Made by a program: the position numbers and the translations under genes. Of a DNA stretch of 64,000 bases, positions 1 to 9,953 are shown piece after piece. Source of the DNA: a virus. How positions within the stretch are numbered: the stretch's first letter is position 1; every line of letters begins with the position of its first letter. The stretch is taken from the IMG/VR virus record IMGVR_UViG_3300032731_001452, positions 5,218-69,217 of that record; one strand, 5' to 3'. The notes below the pieces were generated by a model. That model was not told where the DNA came from and ran no database searches. It saw only the letters and a list, made by a program, of their open reading frames with translations.

Positions 1-781
1 CGAGAAACTCGAAAGCCGTCGCGACCGAACCGTAAAGACCAACGCACATGCCAACTTCGAATCGGGTAGCGTCAGCGACGATAACATCCGCCTGAGCGGC
101 AGCGGCAGCAACCGCAGCTGTCGTTGAAGCACGATGCTTGCTGGCGGTCGTCAGGTTCACACCATCACTGCAGATAGCTCCAGCTATAGGATCTGCAAGA
201 GAAAACGTGCTTGTTGTGTAGTTAATGGCGTAGATGTATCCGTACTTGGTGGTAGCCAAAACCGGATCGACGGCGCGAACTACATCACCAATCTCAAATC
301 CGCTGACATCATCCACGATGACGTCAGCGATAGCGAGTGCGGGCCAGGTAGCCGGGTCGTTAATGGTCGTGGAACGCTTGAGGTTGGATACCCCCAAGAA
401 GTTACCGCCCTCACCCTCACCAATCGCGAGAACGTTCATGCCAACTGCGGGAATGAGTACGGAGTTGTTGATGTCCAAGGTCCCGCGGTTACCCGGCGTT
501 GCGGTACCCGCGGTGGTTCGTGAAATCCAGCACGCCGAACCACCATTCTCGAAGAATTGCTTGACGCAGAATGGAAGAAACAAATCGCCGTAAACCGAGC
601 TGTTGAAAACGCCGCCGTACAGCCGGGTAAACTGAGCCCAAGACGTGACGAAGCCGAGTTGATCGTCAACCCCTCTCCTCGTCAATCCTTCGAACGCACC
701 GATATCCGAAGCTGGCGCCGTGATGAGCGGGATTCCACCCTGTTCGGTGAAATAGAGACCGGGGAAGGTCAGAATAGGCAT
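1..781 (-). CDS. Contractile tail sheath protein, 5' part (runs off the window)
   Basis: Not in the ORF track. Manual translation from ATG 781 is open to the window edge: MPILTFPGLYFTEQ...IGAFEGLTRRG...VTSWAQFTRLYGG...KQFFENGGSACWISR, the typical sheath N-terminal motifs PG.Y..E and FF.NGG..C...R. Confidence 0.9.
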   Translation of the reverse strand, partial: MPILTFPGLYFTEQGGIPLITAPASDIGAFEGLTRRGVDDQLGFVTSWAQFTRLYGGVFNSSVYGDLFLPFCVKQFFENGGSACWISRTTAGTATPGNRGTLDINNSVLIPAVGMNVLAIGEGEGGNFLGVSNLKRSTTINDPATWPALAIADVIVDDVSGFEIGDVVRAVDPVLATTKYGYIYAINYTTSTFSLADPIAGAICSDGVNLTTASKHRASTTAAVAAAAAQADVIVADATRFEVGMCVGLYGSVATAFEFL

Positions 782-784
782 CTA

Positions 785-1009
785 CTAGCCCTCCAGTGCC
801 GCGCTTGCCGGCTTGTTCTTTTTCGAGGTTTTCTTCTTGGGGGCATCCACGATAATCAGACGTGGCTTCCGGAGATTCGCGGCGCGATAAAAATAAACGC
901 CCTCCGCAATTTCGTCGGTAACGGAGATTGTGGCATTAGGCTTAATGGAGATACCCGACACGGGGTCTACCCATCGTCGCCGTGGGTTCAAGTTGGTTAC
1001 TAGCTTCAT
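785..1009 (-). CDS. Small hypothetical protein preceding the tail sheath
   Basis: 74 aa, coupled to both neighbours, basic C-terminus; usual position of a small pre-sheath gene. Confidence 0.6.
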   Translation of the reverse strand: MKLVTNLNPRRRWVDPVSGISIKPNATISVTDEIAEGVYFYRAANLRKPRLIIVDAPKKKTSKKNKPASAALEG

Positions 1010-2694
1010 GTCTCAACACCTCGCATAAAGGGTAACGCGCGTAAGCTGGGAAGTAACGCGCGAACTTGACTTTTTTGGGTTAATTGACGGTCTATCCACC
1101 GTATACCTGTACTGCCTGATTGCAAACGCTTGATTTGCAATCCTTGATGGTGTTCAGAAGCCACTTCAGAGGGAAGCATATCATTCACTTGCCAAACGTA
1201 GCCAGTTGCGTCTGAAGCGAATCCGTCATCAAACGCTCTACGCACCATTTCAGCCATTCTCGCCGCCTTGGCTACGTCGTTTGCTACGCAAAAAGCTTCC
1301 CATTCGAACGTATCGTAGTTCGGCGCCTCTTCGACCCAACAAAGCCCTAAACTCCTGTTAGTAAAGGTACTTAGGGCGCCTCCATGACGAATGTCATGGT
1401 TAACTACAGGGAACGTTAAGTCGATTTCTGGAACTTCCGGATCCACTAAAAACGGGTCCGAGCTAATCTTCACGGTTACATTTGCTTTATAGTGTACAAC
1501 TACTTTTTGAGCGCCTGCTACAACAACAGTTGTAGTTATCGCCGCCCCGGACTGCGATGAAAAGATATCGGTTGTAGTATCTACGTCTTGCATACCGCCT
1601 ACGTAAACGTGTTCTACAACAGGGCTTTGTAATTTAGTTCGCAGCGTTATCTGATTCGTTCCATCGCCAGCTTCCAAGGCGCGATAATATATATCACCAG
1701 TTCGTAAAAACCTTACAAGCGAACGCTTTAAATCATTTTCAAGGTTTACTTGTTCGATAAAGTCTACGGCACACACGACGCCGTACGCTTTTGGAGTTTG
1801 CGTATTATCGGTAGAAGCAACCAACTTACAACGAGTAGACCACGTCATATGGTCGTCGTAATCAGACGGAACTAGTAGACTGATATAACGCTCGATTACC
1901 TGATGATGCGTCCATTCATCAGTAACCCACGCGGTACCATCCCACCCCAACCAACTCGTACCGTTATCTAACGATACTTGCCACAATACTTCACCACCAA
2001 CGGAAGCTGTTCGATTAAACCACGAATTCCCAACGTAGAAAGAAGCGGTGACGGCTGCCGGAAATGTTGCCTCGATATAAACCGTGTCAACTTTTGTTTC
2101 GTCAAAAGTACCAGTAGTACTAGTTGGTTTATCTATCTCAACTAAGATAACGTTCCAGTTATCCGTCAACGGAGAAAATACTTCGTACCGCGCAGAATCG
2201 CCGTCGCTGTCGTGTAGCTCAACAGAAAGTGTTACGGCGTTACTTGGGATGAATACATGAAATTCAAGCGTGTCGCTCTCAAGCAAGTTCCAAGCAACGG
2301 TTCGATAACAGCGCGCTGTTATAGAAGACGCGTCTTTTGTAACTTTCATTTCGGTACCGTACGTTCGGTACTCAAGTGAATGACTAATCGTGACGGCGGC
2401 ACTTCCAGGTGTCCAGTCCGACCAATTCGCAAATTGCTCGTCTTCGACCACGAATTCTTGATCAAACTCAACAGCCGGCTCGAAGGTATACGGTGGAAGT
2501 TGAAGCGCCCACCCAGAGAACTCAGGGAAGGTTAAGACGCCATCATCTTCGTACGGATCGACGGGGTTCCAAGCCAAAGCGGCTTGAACCCGCTTTAACG
2601 TAGCAACTTGCCCTTCCGAATCGCCTAGATCTCGCGAGATGACAACGTCGTCATCTACAGTGGCGTCGCGAATGGAATGGTCAAGAAACGGCAT
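1006..2694 (-). CDS. Putative tail completion/terminator-type virion protein with added beta-sandwich domain
   Basis: Likely start ATG 2694 (MPFLDHSIRD). Lies between neck genes and sheath; internal beta-rich carbohydrate-binding-module-like segment (DTLEFHVFIP...WNVILVEI...FYVGN). Confidence 0.5.
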   Translation of the reverse strand: MPFLDHSIRDATVDDDVVISRDLGDSEGQVATLKRVQAALAWNPVDPYEDDGVLTFPEFSGWALQLPPYTFEPAVEFDQEFVVEDEQFANWSDWTPGSAAVTISHSLEYRTYGTEMKVTKDASSITARCYRTVAWNLLESDTLEFHVFIPSNAVTLSVELHDSDGDSARYEVFSPLTDNWNVILVEIDKPTSTTGTFDETKVDTVYIEATFPAAVTASFYVGNSWFNRTASVGGEVLWQVSLDNGTSWLGWDGTAWVTDEWTHHQVIERYISLLVPSDYDDHMTWSTRCKLVASTDNTQTPKAYGVVCAVDFIEQVNLENDLKRSLVRFLRTGDIYYRALEAGDGTNQITLRTKLQSPVVEHVYVGGMQDVDTTTDIFSSQSGAAITTTVVVAGAQKVVVHYKANVTVKISSDPFLVDPEVPEIDLTFPVVNHDIRHGGALSTFTNRSLGLCWVEEAPNYDTFEWEAFCVANDVAKAARMAEMVRRAFDDGFASDATGYVWQVNDMLPSEVASEHHQGLQIKRLQSGSTGIRWIDRQLTQKSQVRALLPSLRALPFMRGVET

Positions 2695-2696
2695 TG

Positions 2697-2921
2697 CTAG
2701 TAGGAACCCTTCTTGAAGCGTCGTACGATTTCGTCGAACTGATAGTACTCGCTTAGAAGCCACTCGTTCCACAAATCATCTCCGTCAGGACATTCTTCAT
2801 GAAGATGGACGGTGAACCGCGAACGACCACGGCTGAGTTTTTTGCTCGTAACCAAACACCCCTTCACCAACGAAGCGAATGCCGCACAACCAAGATCTAT
2901 GGTGACGTACGTGTCGCTCAT
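2697..2921 (-). CDS. Small hypothetical protein
   Basis: 74 aa ORF tightly packed in the operon. Confidence 0.6.
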   Translation of the reverse strand: MSDTYVTIDLGCAAFASLVKGCLVTSKKLSRGRSRFTVHLHEECPDGDDLWNEWLLSEYYQFDEIVRRFKKGSY

Positions 2922-2923
2922 GG

Positions 2924-3721
2924 CTAACAGTCCACCTTGGCGCCGCGGATACCACGCTGAACTTCCGTGTTCTGTACAGACTTCTTGGTCGTCTCGAACC
3001 GCGTCATTTTAACCCGCTTACTCAATCCAACCGGAGGAATTCTCATGGTTGTGATCTTGTTCGCGGCTTCTACAGCTTGATTGTAAACTTTTTCAATCTC
3101 TTTCGACGAGTCCATCACACCAGCGCGGAGAAAATCTCGACCGGGCGTAATCTTCGTAAGTCCAATTCGTGGCGCTACTAAATTGTTTGCGCGAAGCATT
3201 CGAATCCATGGCTTATGCCGTTCGTCGTACGTTTGCGTGTAACCTTTAATAATCCTCGCGGCGCGTTGTTGAAGCGCTGGGTTACCTTTGATCGTTACGT
3301 CCACGATTTGTAAAGGTCGCCCCCTAGAATCACTACTATGCTTGACTCGCGGTGATTCCGCCTTAACGCGAATGGATCTAGAGAGTGTTCCGGCGCCCTG
3401 GAACGGTGCCTGGCTTACCCGTCCACCACGCATTACTCGCATAGACTGTGTTACACCGCTACCGGCTTTAGCGATTTCGACGGATTTAGAGCGACCCGTT
3501 TCTAACACTTTTTGAACGGATCTGCGAACGATGTTCTCTATCTCACTTTTTCGCTTATCGAACTCTTTTTCAGCCGTCGAATTCCATAACGCAATCGCCG
3601 CCATCGTGTCCCTGACTCCGGTGATGTCGATATGCAGACGGTTATGGACGTTACGGCCGTACTTGGACGCAATCGTACGCCCGCCGCGGTTTGGTCGTCG
3701 AATAGGAATAGCTGACGCCAT
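2924..3721 (-). CDS. Putative neck/tail-completion protein (HK97 gp10-like position)
   Basis: Basic 265 aa protein with GTLSRSI and PGRDFLRAGV motifs; synteny. Confidence 0.5.
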   Translation of the reverse strand: MASAIPIRRPNRGGRTIASKYGRNVHNRLHIDITGVRDTMAAIALWNSTAEKEFDKRKSEIENIVRRSVQKVLETGRSKSVEIAKAGSGVTQSMRVMRGGRVSQAPFQGAGTLSRSIRVKAESPRVKHSSDSRGRPLQIVDVTIKGNPALQQRAARIIKGYTQTYDERHKPWIRMLRANNLVAPRIGLTKITPGRDFLRAGVMDSSKEIEKVYNQAVEAANKITTMRIPPVGLSKRVKMTRFETTKKSVQNTEVQRGIRGAKVDC

Positions 3722-4200
3722 TACCTTGGCGTCCTAGACCCGGATCGATCTTGCGAGTTGTGCTGGAAGTAAGCCGCAGTCATCGCGGGCTCCGAGTCAA
3801 CGTTCTGCCCCCCACCCATCCAAGCTACGGGTCGTACTTCGATGATGAGCAAATCAACCGTTCGACTCCCAACCAAAATGATACGATCGCCATTCTCGAG
3901 CTGCGTCAACCCCTTCGCAATTAGCAAACGATCGAGTTCCGTTGTTTTGAAAACGATTCGACCGTGAGTCGGTTTCGTATCACCGCCGAAAACAGAGATG
4001 TGTTTTTCGTATTTCTCAAAGAAAGGTTGGCCCTTCAGGTCGACCGTGAAGCTTGTTCGTTCGTACGGACCGGTCTTATCGAGGAAATCTTCGTCGAGAA
4101 GTTCTTCGCTAACGTCACCCGTGCGCTTCAACGGTTCAACGCGCACGGTCGTGGGGTTGAACTTGCAGGGGAAGTTAGCGTTGCCTTTCCACCACACCAT
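3721..4200 (-). CDS. Putative head-closure/stopper protein
   Basis: Probable start ATG 4200 in a TGATG overlap with the upstream stop; beta-rich; follows the adaptor gene. Confidence 0.5.
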   Translation of the reverse strand: MVWWKGNANFPCKFNPTTVRVEPLKRTGDVSEELLDEDFLDKTGPYERTSFTVDLKGQPFFEKYEKHISVFGGDTKPTHGRIVFKTTELDRLLIAKGLTQLENGDRIILVGSRTVDLLIIEVRPVAWMGGGQNVDSEPAMTAAYFQHNSQDRSGSRTPR

Positions 4201-5099
4201 CAGATCATCCCCACGTACTGTGGCCGACGATACCGATGTAACCCTTCGTCGATCATGGCCACGCCGGTCCACCAATCACCGCCGGACATTCCAAACTCGG
4301 ATGGTGAAAACTTCTCGTACTCGTACATGTCCGTTTGTTCACGCTTCAACCACGGACAGTTCGCGGCGCCGCCGGCACCCGATCCCATGTAAAGCGCCTC
4401 GATGACGAAATCGCGAACGCCGCCCGGTACTTGTCCCCAACGAGTAAACGTGGCACCTATAGCCGCCGTCGTCAGTAAGAAATCGCCGCCTTCGACCGTA
4501 ATTCTACTGTTCGGGGCGTCAACCGCCACCACCGTCAGGACCGTGCCGTCCGGCATTGTCCCAACGTCGTTACGGCGCAACGCGGCTACCGACGATAGAT
4601 TCAAGTACGTATCGCCGTTAAGAAATTCAACCGTCAAGGTGTACTCGACCTTGTTTACTTGTTCCATCCAACCCCACACCGCATCAACCGAATAGTTATG
4701 CGACCCCTCATACCAGTTACCGAAATGCTTATCGATACGTCGGCGAGGGTGGTTGGTATCCAACGAGAAATCAGTCGTGGCGATTGTCTGCGTCGACGCC
4801 GCCATCTGAACCCAATCGGCTACGCGGTAGCGGCGGGTTCGTTCCGTTTGAAGTGCAATGGTAATGTCCGCTTCAGCCGACAGAATCGGCCAAAGGTCAG
4901 GATGCTGAAGGATCCGATGATCCTGACCGTCAAGGAAGATCTCTTCGTCGCGCGGGTAGTAAATCTGTAGGTTCTGACTTTCTACCCAACGACTCACTTC
5001 GTCCAGGGCTTGCCTGACCGACGCATCGTCAACAACCGCTTGCGGGATACCCCGGTCGCGAATGTCTTGAACCGTTGCGTACCTTGGCGGAAAGGCCAT
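4200..5099 (-). CDS. Head-tail adaptor/connector protein
   Basis: N-terminal YATVQDIRDRG...ALDEVSRWVE and C-terminal WGQVPGGVRDFV...LHRYRRP, typical of gp6/gp15-like adaptors; internal beta insert. Confidence 0.7.
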   Translation of the reverse strand: MAFPPRYATVQDIRDRGIPQAVVDDASVRQALDEVSRWVESQNLQIYYPRDEEIFLDGQDHRILQHPDLWPILSAEADITIALQTERTRRYRVADWVQMAASTQTIATTDFSLDTNHPRRRIDKHFGNWYEGSHNYSVDAVWGWMEQVNKVEYTLTVEFLNGDTYLNLSSVAALRRNDVGTMPDGTVLTVVAVDAPNSRITVEGGDFLLTTAAIGATFTRWGQVPGGVRDFVIEALYMGSGAGGAANCPWLKREQTDMYEYEKFSPSEFGMSGGDWWTGVAMIDEGLHRYRRPQYVGMI

Positions 5100-5116
5100 C
5101 GATCACCTTCGCGTTT

Positions 5117-5839
5117 CTAGGCGTCGGGGTTGTACTCAGGGCTGTCCGGATTCTTCTTGCACCAGCGGTTCTCGTGCATGAGCCGGCCCTTTTGGTTATG
5201 AAGCTTTCGACCGCAGTAACGACACTGCGACTTCGACACCTCAGCGTTCTCAACCGGTACGGCTGGTTTAGCCGGTTCGGTTTCCACGGGGTTGTCAGGC
5301 GTTTCGTCGACTTGCTTCAAGACAGGCGCGGGCTTCACTTCGACCGCAACCTTCTTCTTCGGCGGTCCGGTCTGATCAGCCATCGGCGCCGTAGTCGCCG
5401 ACAAATCACCAGCGGAAATCTTGGCATTCAGGGCTCGCAAATCCTGCGAATCCTTCGTACCAACACCTTCCTTGGCGAGACCCTTTGCGGAAACTCCGTC
5501 AGCTTCCTTCTTCTTGGCGTCGTTGAAAAGATCGCGGCGGCGTTCCGCCCGATCAAGCTGATGCTGTGACGGTGGCGGGAAGGTTCGCGCCGTTTTTCCG
5601 GTTTCCGTATAGGACACCGGACGCTTCTTCGCGGCTAGTTCGGCCGCGGTTGCCTGCGGCTTGCCCTCTTCGCGTAAATCCGGATGGGTGCGGAAAAACT
5701 TGATGTCGATAGCGTTGATTACCGGCGCTGTTTTTTCGCTGTTTTTGAAGTGGTAACGCTTGCCGCTCTGGCCAGCCAGCGTCATAGATGCGGTCTTGCT
5801 GAAAAAAACAATACCGCGTGTGATGGGTAATTGAGCCAT
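5117..5839 (-). CDS. Hypothetical protein with C-terminal Zn-finger-like motif
   Basis: 240 aa directly after the capsid gene; CRYC-x12-HENRWC; Pro/Lys-rich linker. Confidence 0.65.
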   Translation of the reverse strand: MAQLPITRGIVFFSKTASMTLAGQSGKRYHFKNSEKTAPVINAIDIKFFRTHPDLREEGKPQATAAELAAKKRPVSYTETGKTARTFPPPSQHQLDRAERRRDLFNDAKKKEADGVSAKGLAKEGVGTKDSQDLRALNAKISAGDLSATTAPMADQTGPPKKKVAVEVKPAPVLKQVDETPDNPVETEPAKPAVPVENAEVSKSQCRYCGRKLHNQKGRLMHENRWCKKNPDSPEYNPDA

Positions 5840-5872
5840 TTGTAGCCCTCCTTGAACTCGGGCACCGGTTAA

Positions 5873-5897
5873 GGGCGGGGGCGTTATGCCCCCGCCC
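5873..5897 (-). terminator. GC-rich stem-loop downstream of the major capsid gene
   Basis: GGGCGGGGGC-N5-GCCCCCGCCC perfect 10-bp inverted repeat; no clear U-tract, so attenuator or mRNA-stabilising hairpin. Confidence 0.55.
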
Positions 5898-5931
5898 CAC
5901 CGATACGCTATGGGTTTACAACCCTAGTGGC

Positions 5932-7233
5932 CTACAGCAGCTGCCGACGACGGACGTTGGTCAGCTTCACGATGCGGTTCTTGTCCTCCACGACGAAATC
6001 GTGGAAAGAGTAAGTCGTGAACTCCATGCGGTCACGATCCTTGTTGAACTCGGTGAACAGCGCGGTCTGGAGGGTCATGATCCAGACGAAGTTCTGCGGG
6101 TTCAGGTACCACACGAAGGTGCCCTCGGGCACGTTGCCGGCAACGCCATCGGCGCTACCGAGGGTCACGCCAACCGTGAAGCCCATCAGGCTGTAGGGGT
6201 TGTTGGCGACGGCCTGGATATCCACCTCGGAGGCGGCACCCTCGGTGGCCGACTGCAGAATCAGACGGCCGTAACCGTCGGCGTAGGAGACGTCAGCACC
6301 GATGGCGGTGTTGATCTCAGCGGAAATCTCGTGCGCGTAACGCAGACCGGAGGTCAGCGTGATGCCCACGGCGCCAGCGTTGTCGTAGTCGAGCAACATC
6401 TGGTCATTGGTACCCGTGGTGATCTCCCAGGGGTCCAGCTCGTCACTCGCGACGGCTGCCGGGGTGGCTGCGGTCACGGAGAGGGCCTTGGCAGCCGGAA
6501 TGAGCGGGATCGTGGTCACGGGGCGACCCAGGAGCCGCTCGATGACGCCTTCGACGTTGACGCGGTCGCCACCGGCCGTAGCGCGGGAGCCGTACAGGTC
6601 GACGTAGTCGGTCAGCGTGTTGGGGTTGATGAGCCACTTGAGGTCGGGATCGTTCTGCTGGTCGGCGGGCATGGCGCGAGCCGCAGCGGCGAACATCTCA
6701 CGAGCCACTTCCTGGCCACCCGCGTTCACGATGTGGCAGTCGTCGGTCAGGAGATCAAAACCGTCATTGGCCTGCAGCAGCAGTCCGATGTCGTCGGTGG
6801 TACCGGCGAAGGTGGTTTCGTCGCCCTGGATCCCGAGGTACTCCATATCCGTCTTCATACGAGCGGACATGGTGTCCACCAGGGTATTCTCGAAGTTACC
6901 CTGCTCGATGTTCTGGATCATGGTCTCACGAGTCACGGCCCAGTCGCTCCGCATCTTTTTCGTGAGGATGTTGAGACGGTCGAACTGAGGCTTGCTCTGC
7001 TTGATCGGCAGGGTGTCTTCCTCAGCGTAGGTGGTGATCGGAGCACCGATGTGCAGGCGATCAATCGTGCCCTGGAGCTGCCGCAGCGTCTCGAAGCGCA
7101 CGATGTTCAGCAGACCGTCGTACTCCCGCAGGCGGAGCGCAAACTGATTCTGCTGCTCGGGGTTCAACTCACCGCCCAAAAGCAGATCGCTCTGCTGGAT
7201 GGTGGTTTTGATGATATCGGTATTTGCGTCCAT
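5932..7233 (-). CDS. Major capsid protein (HK97 fold) with inserted domain
   Basis: GGELNPEQQNQF N-arm, QANDGF, NPQNFVW and DFVVED motifs; strong codon bias; follows the protease/scaffold gene. Confidence 0.9.
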   Translation of the reverse strand: MDANTDIIKTTIQQSDLLLGGELNPEQQNQFALRLREYDGLLNIVRFETLRQLQGTIDRLHIGAPITTYAEEDTLPIKQSKPQFDRLNILTKKMRSDWAVTRETMIQNIEQGNFENTLVDTMSARMKTDMEYLGIQGDETTFAGTTDDIGLLLQANDGFDLLTDDCHIVNAGGQEVAREMFAAAARAMPADQQNDPDLKWLINPNTLTDYVDLYGSRATAGGDRVNVEGVIERLLGRPVTTIPLIPAAKALSVTAATPAAVASDELDPWEITTGTNDQMLLDYDNAGAVGITLTSGLRYAHEISAEINTAIGADVSYADGYGRLILQSATEGAASEVDIQAVANNPYSLMGFTVGVTLGSADGVAGNVPEGTFVWYLNPQNFVWIMTLQTALFTEFNKDRDRMEFTTYSFHDFVVEDKNRIVKLTNVRRRQLL

Positions 7234-7251
7234 GGTTTCCTCGTGTTCGGG

Positions 7252-9942
7252 CTACTCGCCCGAGTTAGCTTTCTCGTTTTCGATCTTCTGCTTCAAGCCG
7301 GCGAACTTGGGACCGAAGATGCCAGTGAAACCCTTGTTGGTTTCTTCCGGCTCTTCAGCAACGTCTTCATCGACGATCGGAATCTGCTGTGACATGCCAG
7401 ACGCCTTCACCATTTTCGCGAGGTGTTGCCGAGCCTCACGAAGGCTGTCTTCCAGGTTCTTGACCCGGTCGGCCAATGCACCACTATCCTCGTCGCCCTC
7501 CTTGAAGGCTTTGAGTTCGGTACCAAGTCCGTCAACCCGCCCCTGCAGTTCTTTCACGAGGTTCTTGACCTCACCGAGCTGTTCCGCAACCTGTTTCTGC
7601 GCCGCCTCTTCGGTCGACATTGCAAACGGGTTACCGTCGCTGAACATCTTGAAGGCGCGCTGGACGCGAGCCTTGTCCGATTCGCTGAGTTTCAGCTCAT
7701 TGGACTTGTAAGCGACGACGGTGTCTTCAACCGCTTTGCGAGAAACGACGGGGGAATCGTCGATAACGTCGTACAGGGGGTTGCTGTAAGACGCGAGGCT
7801 CTTGACCTCTCCCTCAAAGTGACCAAAGAAACCCTTGAACTTGCGCCAGTCCATAGACTTCTTCGAGCCGCTGCTATCAGAGCTGCACAGGGCGCGAAGG
7901 TTATGAATGGCTTCTTCTTCGTCGAGAATCTCCACGGTTTCCGCGGGGGTTCCACGCTGAAGCTGACCAAGCAATCCGGCCATACGGCGTACGTCCGGCG
8001 ATTCTAGCTTGAGGAGCTTGCCGAGTTCTTCGATGATTCCGAACTGAGCTTCCGAATCGACCGCTGGCTCCTCGTCGACAACCGGCGCGGCTTCAACTTC
8101 CGGCTCTTCATCGACCACCGACTCTTCAACTTCCGGTTCCGGCTCAGGTTCGCCGTCATCGGTGGCTTCCGGCTCTTCGTCACCTTCCGGAGTATCCGCT
8201 TCCGGCTCGTTTTCAGGCTCGTCGCCAACCGCTGGCTCTTCATCGGCTTCCGGCTCGTCTTCAACGTCCGGTTCAGCTTCCGGTTCAGCTTCCGGCTCCT
8301 CTGCAACTTCCGGTTCATCTTCTACCGGCGGTTCGGCGTCCTTGTTGGTTTTCAAACCCTTGTCGTCACCCTCGGAGGAAGCATCCTCCGCGGGGGCGTC
8401 CACGGTGACATTACCGTCCTGCTCTTCCACTGTCGTATCCTCCTCGAATGGGTTGTCGGCATCTGGATCGATTTGCCGAAGGTGGGAAACCAGATGCCGT
8501 TGAACTTCTTCGAGTTCATCGTCCGGAATACCCAGGTTATCATCGGAATCTAACAACATCTTAACGGCTTTATCCAAGCCGATTTGATTCAGCGTTAGCG
8601 CGCTATCTTCCACCTGATGGTGAAGGAGCAAGAAGACGGACTTGTCGCTTTCTTCGTCGTCGTCGTCAACGGCTAGCTCGTACCAACTGAAAGCCAGCGC
8701 AAACGTATCCCAGTCAATCACGTCAACATCACCGGAGCCGTCCGAAGAAGCCCACTTACGCAAATCGTCAACCACATCCGAGCTATCCCAATCCTCTTCA
8801 TCAGAGATGGGCGTTTCATGCTCCGGAAGCGCCCGGCGTAGGTAAAGGGCGACGTCTACGTAATCATCGCCGAGCGCTTTTACCTCGTCGTAAACCAGTC
8901 GCGGTCGAACTTCGATTGAATTTTCGAAGGTGAAAGCGACGCCATCGGCGGTGGCGTAATTCGCCTTGTAGTACTTGTCGTTTTCGGGATTGTAAACCAC
9001 CACATCGCCGTCGAAAACCGTCTCGAGATAGAGGGGATACCACCAGTCGCGGTCGATAGGCCCGAAAATCCCCGTCTCTTCGGCGGCTTCAACCGAAGCG
9101 GCCCAGATGTTGTTCATGAACGTACGCATGTCCATGTCGTGTAGGTCCACCGACTTGCTGCAACGAACGCTGAGCGCTTCTTTCAGCTCTGCAGCGGTGG
9201 AATACGACGCGATGCTACGCAACTTGTGGGGATTCGCCGTTGAGCTAGTTGTCTCGTCCGTCATCGCTTCCGCCTCCTTGGTGGTCGCCGCTTCGCCGAA
9301 GAAATTAGAGGAAAGTTCGGGGGGCGTTCCCTTAGCGACGTAGCTGTCTTGCTCGTGCGCTACGATACCGAGATCCTTCAAGCTCTTGAACTCTGAGAGT
9401 TCGCCGGCCTTTTCAGCTGCCATACGATACATCTTCGTGTACCACTCGATAGCTCGGGCGCGACGGTTGCACGGAATACCGACGACCGAAACTTCGTAAA
9501 TAAGGAAGTCGAGAATGCGGCGGATCGTTCGACCCGCTTCCTCGTTGAATTCAGACACGACCTCGAGTAAGCGTCCGCCAACCGAAAAACCGCTCAACGT
9601 TCCGTCGGCGATGAACTGGCGAATTTCCGCCGCTTGCTTCGAAACGAAAACCTTGATCTTGACGCCCCAACCACCACGTTCATTCTTCTCGACTGCAGCT
9701 TCTACGACGCGACCTACCGGAGCGCCGTAGTTGTGGTTGTAGAAAACGGTAGGGGAAAGAAGCAAACCCTTCGCCATACCTTCCATGGCGCTACGGTCAA
9801 AAACGTCAAACTCGAAATCAACATCGTCCGAAGTTGCCCACGCGTCGACGTAAAATTCTTCGGCGTTTACGTCTAATTCCTTGCGAACAAATTGGAATCC
9901 AACGCGGGCTTGGTACGATGAAAATTGTCCGGTAGCTTCCAC
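7252..9942 (-). CDS. Prohead protease (HK97/XkdF-like) fused to acidic scaffold region
   Basis: VFYNHNYGAPVGRV, GTLSGFSVGG and YEVSVVGIPCN protease motifs; long E/P-rich linker; C-terminal coiled coil. Confidence 0.9.
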   Translation of the reverse strand: MEATGQFSSYQARVGFQFVRKELDVNAEEFYVDAWATSDDVDFEFDVFDRSAMEGMAKGLLLSPTVFYNHNYGAPVGRVVEAAVEKNERGGWGVKIKVFVSKQAAEIRQFIADGTLSGFSVGGRLLEVVSEFNEEAGRTIRRILDFLIYEVSVVGIPCNRRARAIEWYTKMYRMAAEKAGELSEFKSLKDLGIVAHEQDSYVAKGTPPELSSNFFGEAATTKEAEAMTDETTSSTANPHKLRSIASYSTAAELKEALSVRCSKSVDLHDMDMRTFMNNIWAASVEAAEETGIFGPIDRDWWYPLYLETVFDGDVVVYNPENDKYYKANYATADGVAFTFENSIEVRPRLVYDEVKALGDDYVDVALYLRRALPEHETPISDEEDWDSSDVVDDLRKWASSDGSGDVDVIDWDTFALAFSWYELAVDDDDEESDKSVFLLLHHQVEDSALTLNQIGLDKAVKMLLDSDDNLGIPDDELEEVQRHLVSHLRQIDPDADNPFEEDTTVEEQDGNVTVDAPAEDASSEGDDKGLKTNKDAEPPVEDEPEVAEEPEAEPEAEPDVEDEPEADEEPAVGDEPENEPEADTPEGDEEPEATDDGEPEPEPEVEESVVDEEPEVEAAPVVDEEPAVDSEAQFGIIEELGKLLKLESPDVRRMAGLLGQLQRGTPAETVEILDEEEAIHNLRALCSSDSSGSKKSMDWRKFKGFFGHFEGEVKSLASYSNPLYDVIDDSPVVSRKAVEDTVVAYKSNELKLSESDKARVQRAFKMFSDGNPFAMSTEEAAQKQVAEQLGEVKNLVKELQGRVDGLGTELKAFKEGDEDSGALADRVKNLEDSLREARQHLAKMVKASGMSQQIPIVDEDVAEEPEETNKGFTGIFGPKFAGLKQKIENEKANSGE

Positions 9943-9953
9943 GTCAACTCCAG

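Noticed and set aside
6001-7392. 463-aa plus-strand ORF, and similar long ORFs at 32562-33896, 34932-35837 and 39717-40658
   Set aside because: Antisense shadows of strongly codon-biased real genes; no motifs or RBS.
8040-8330. Repeated TTCCGGCTC/TTCCGGTTC units
   Set aside because: Explained by the EPE peptide repeats of the scaffold linker.
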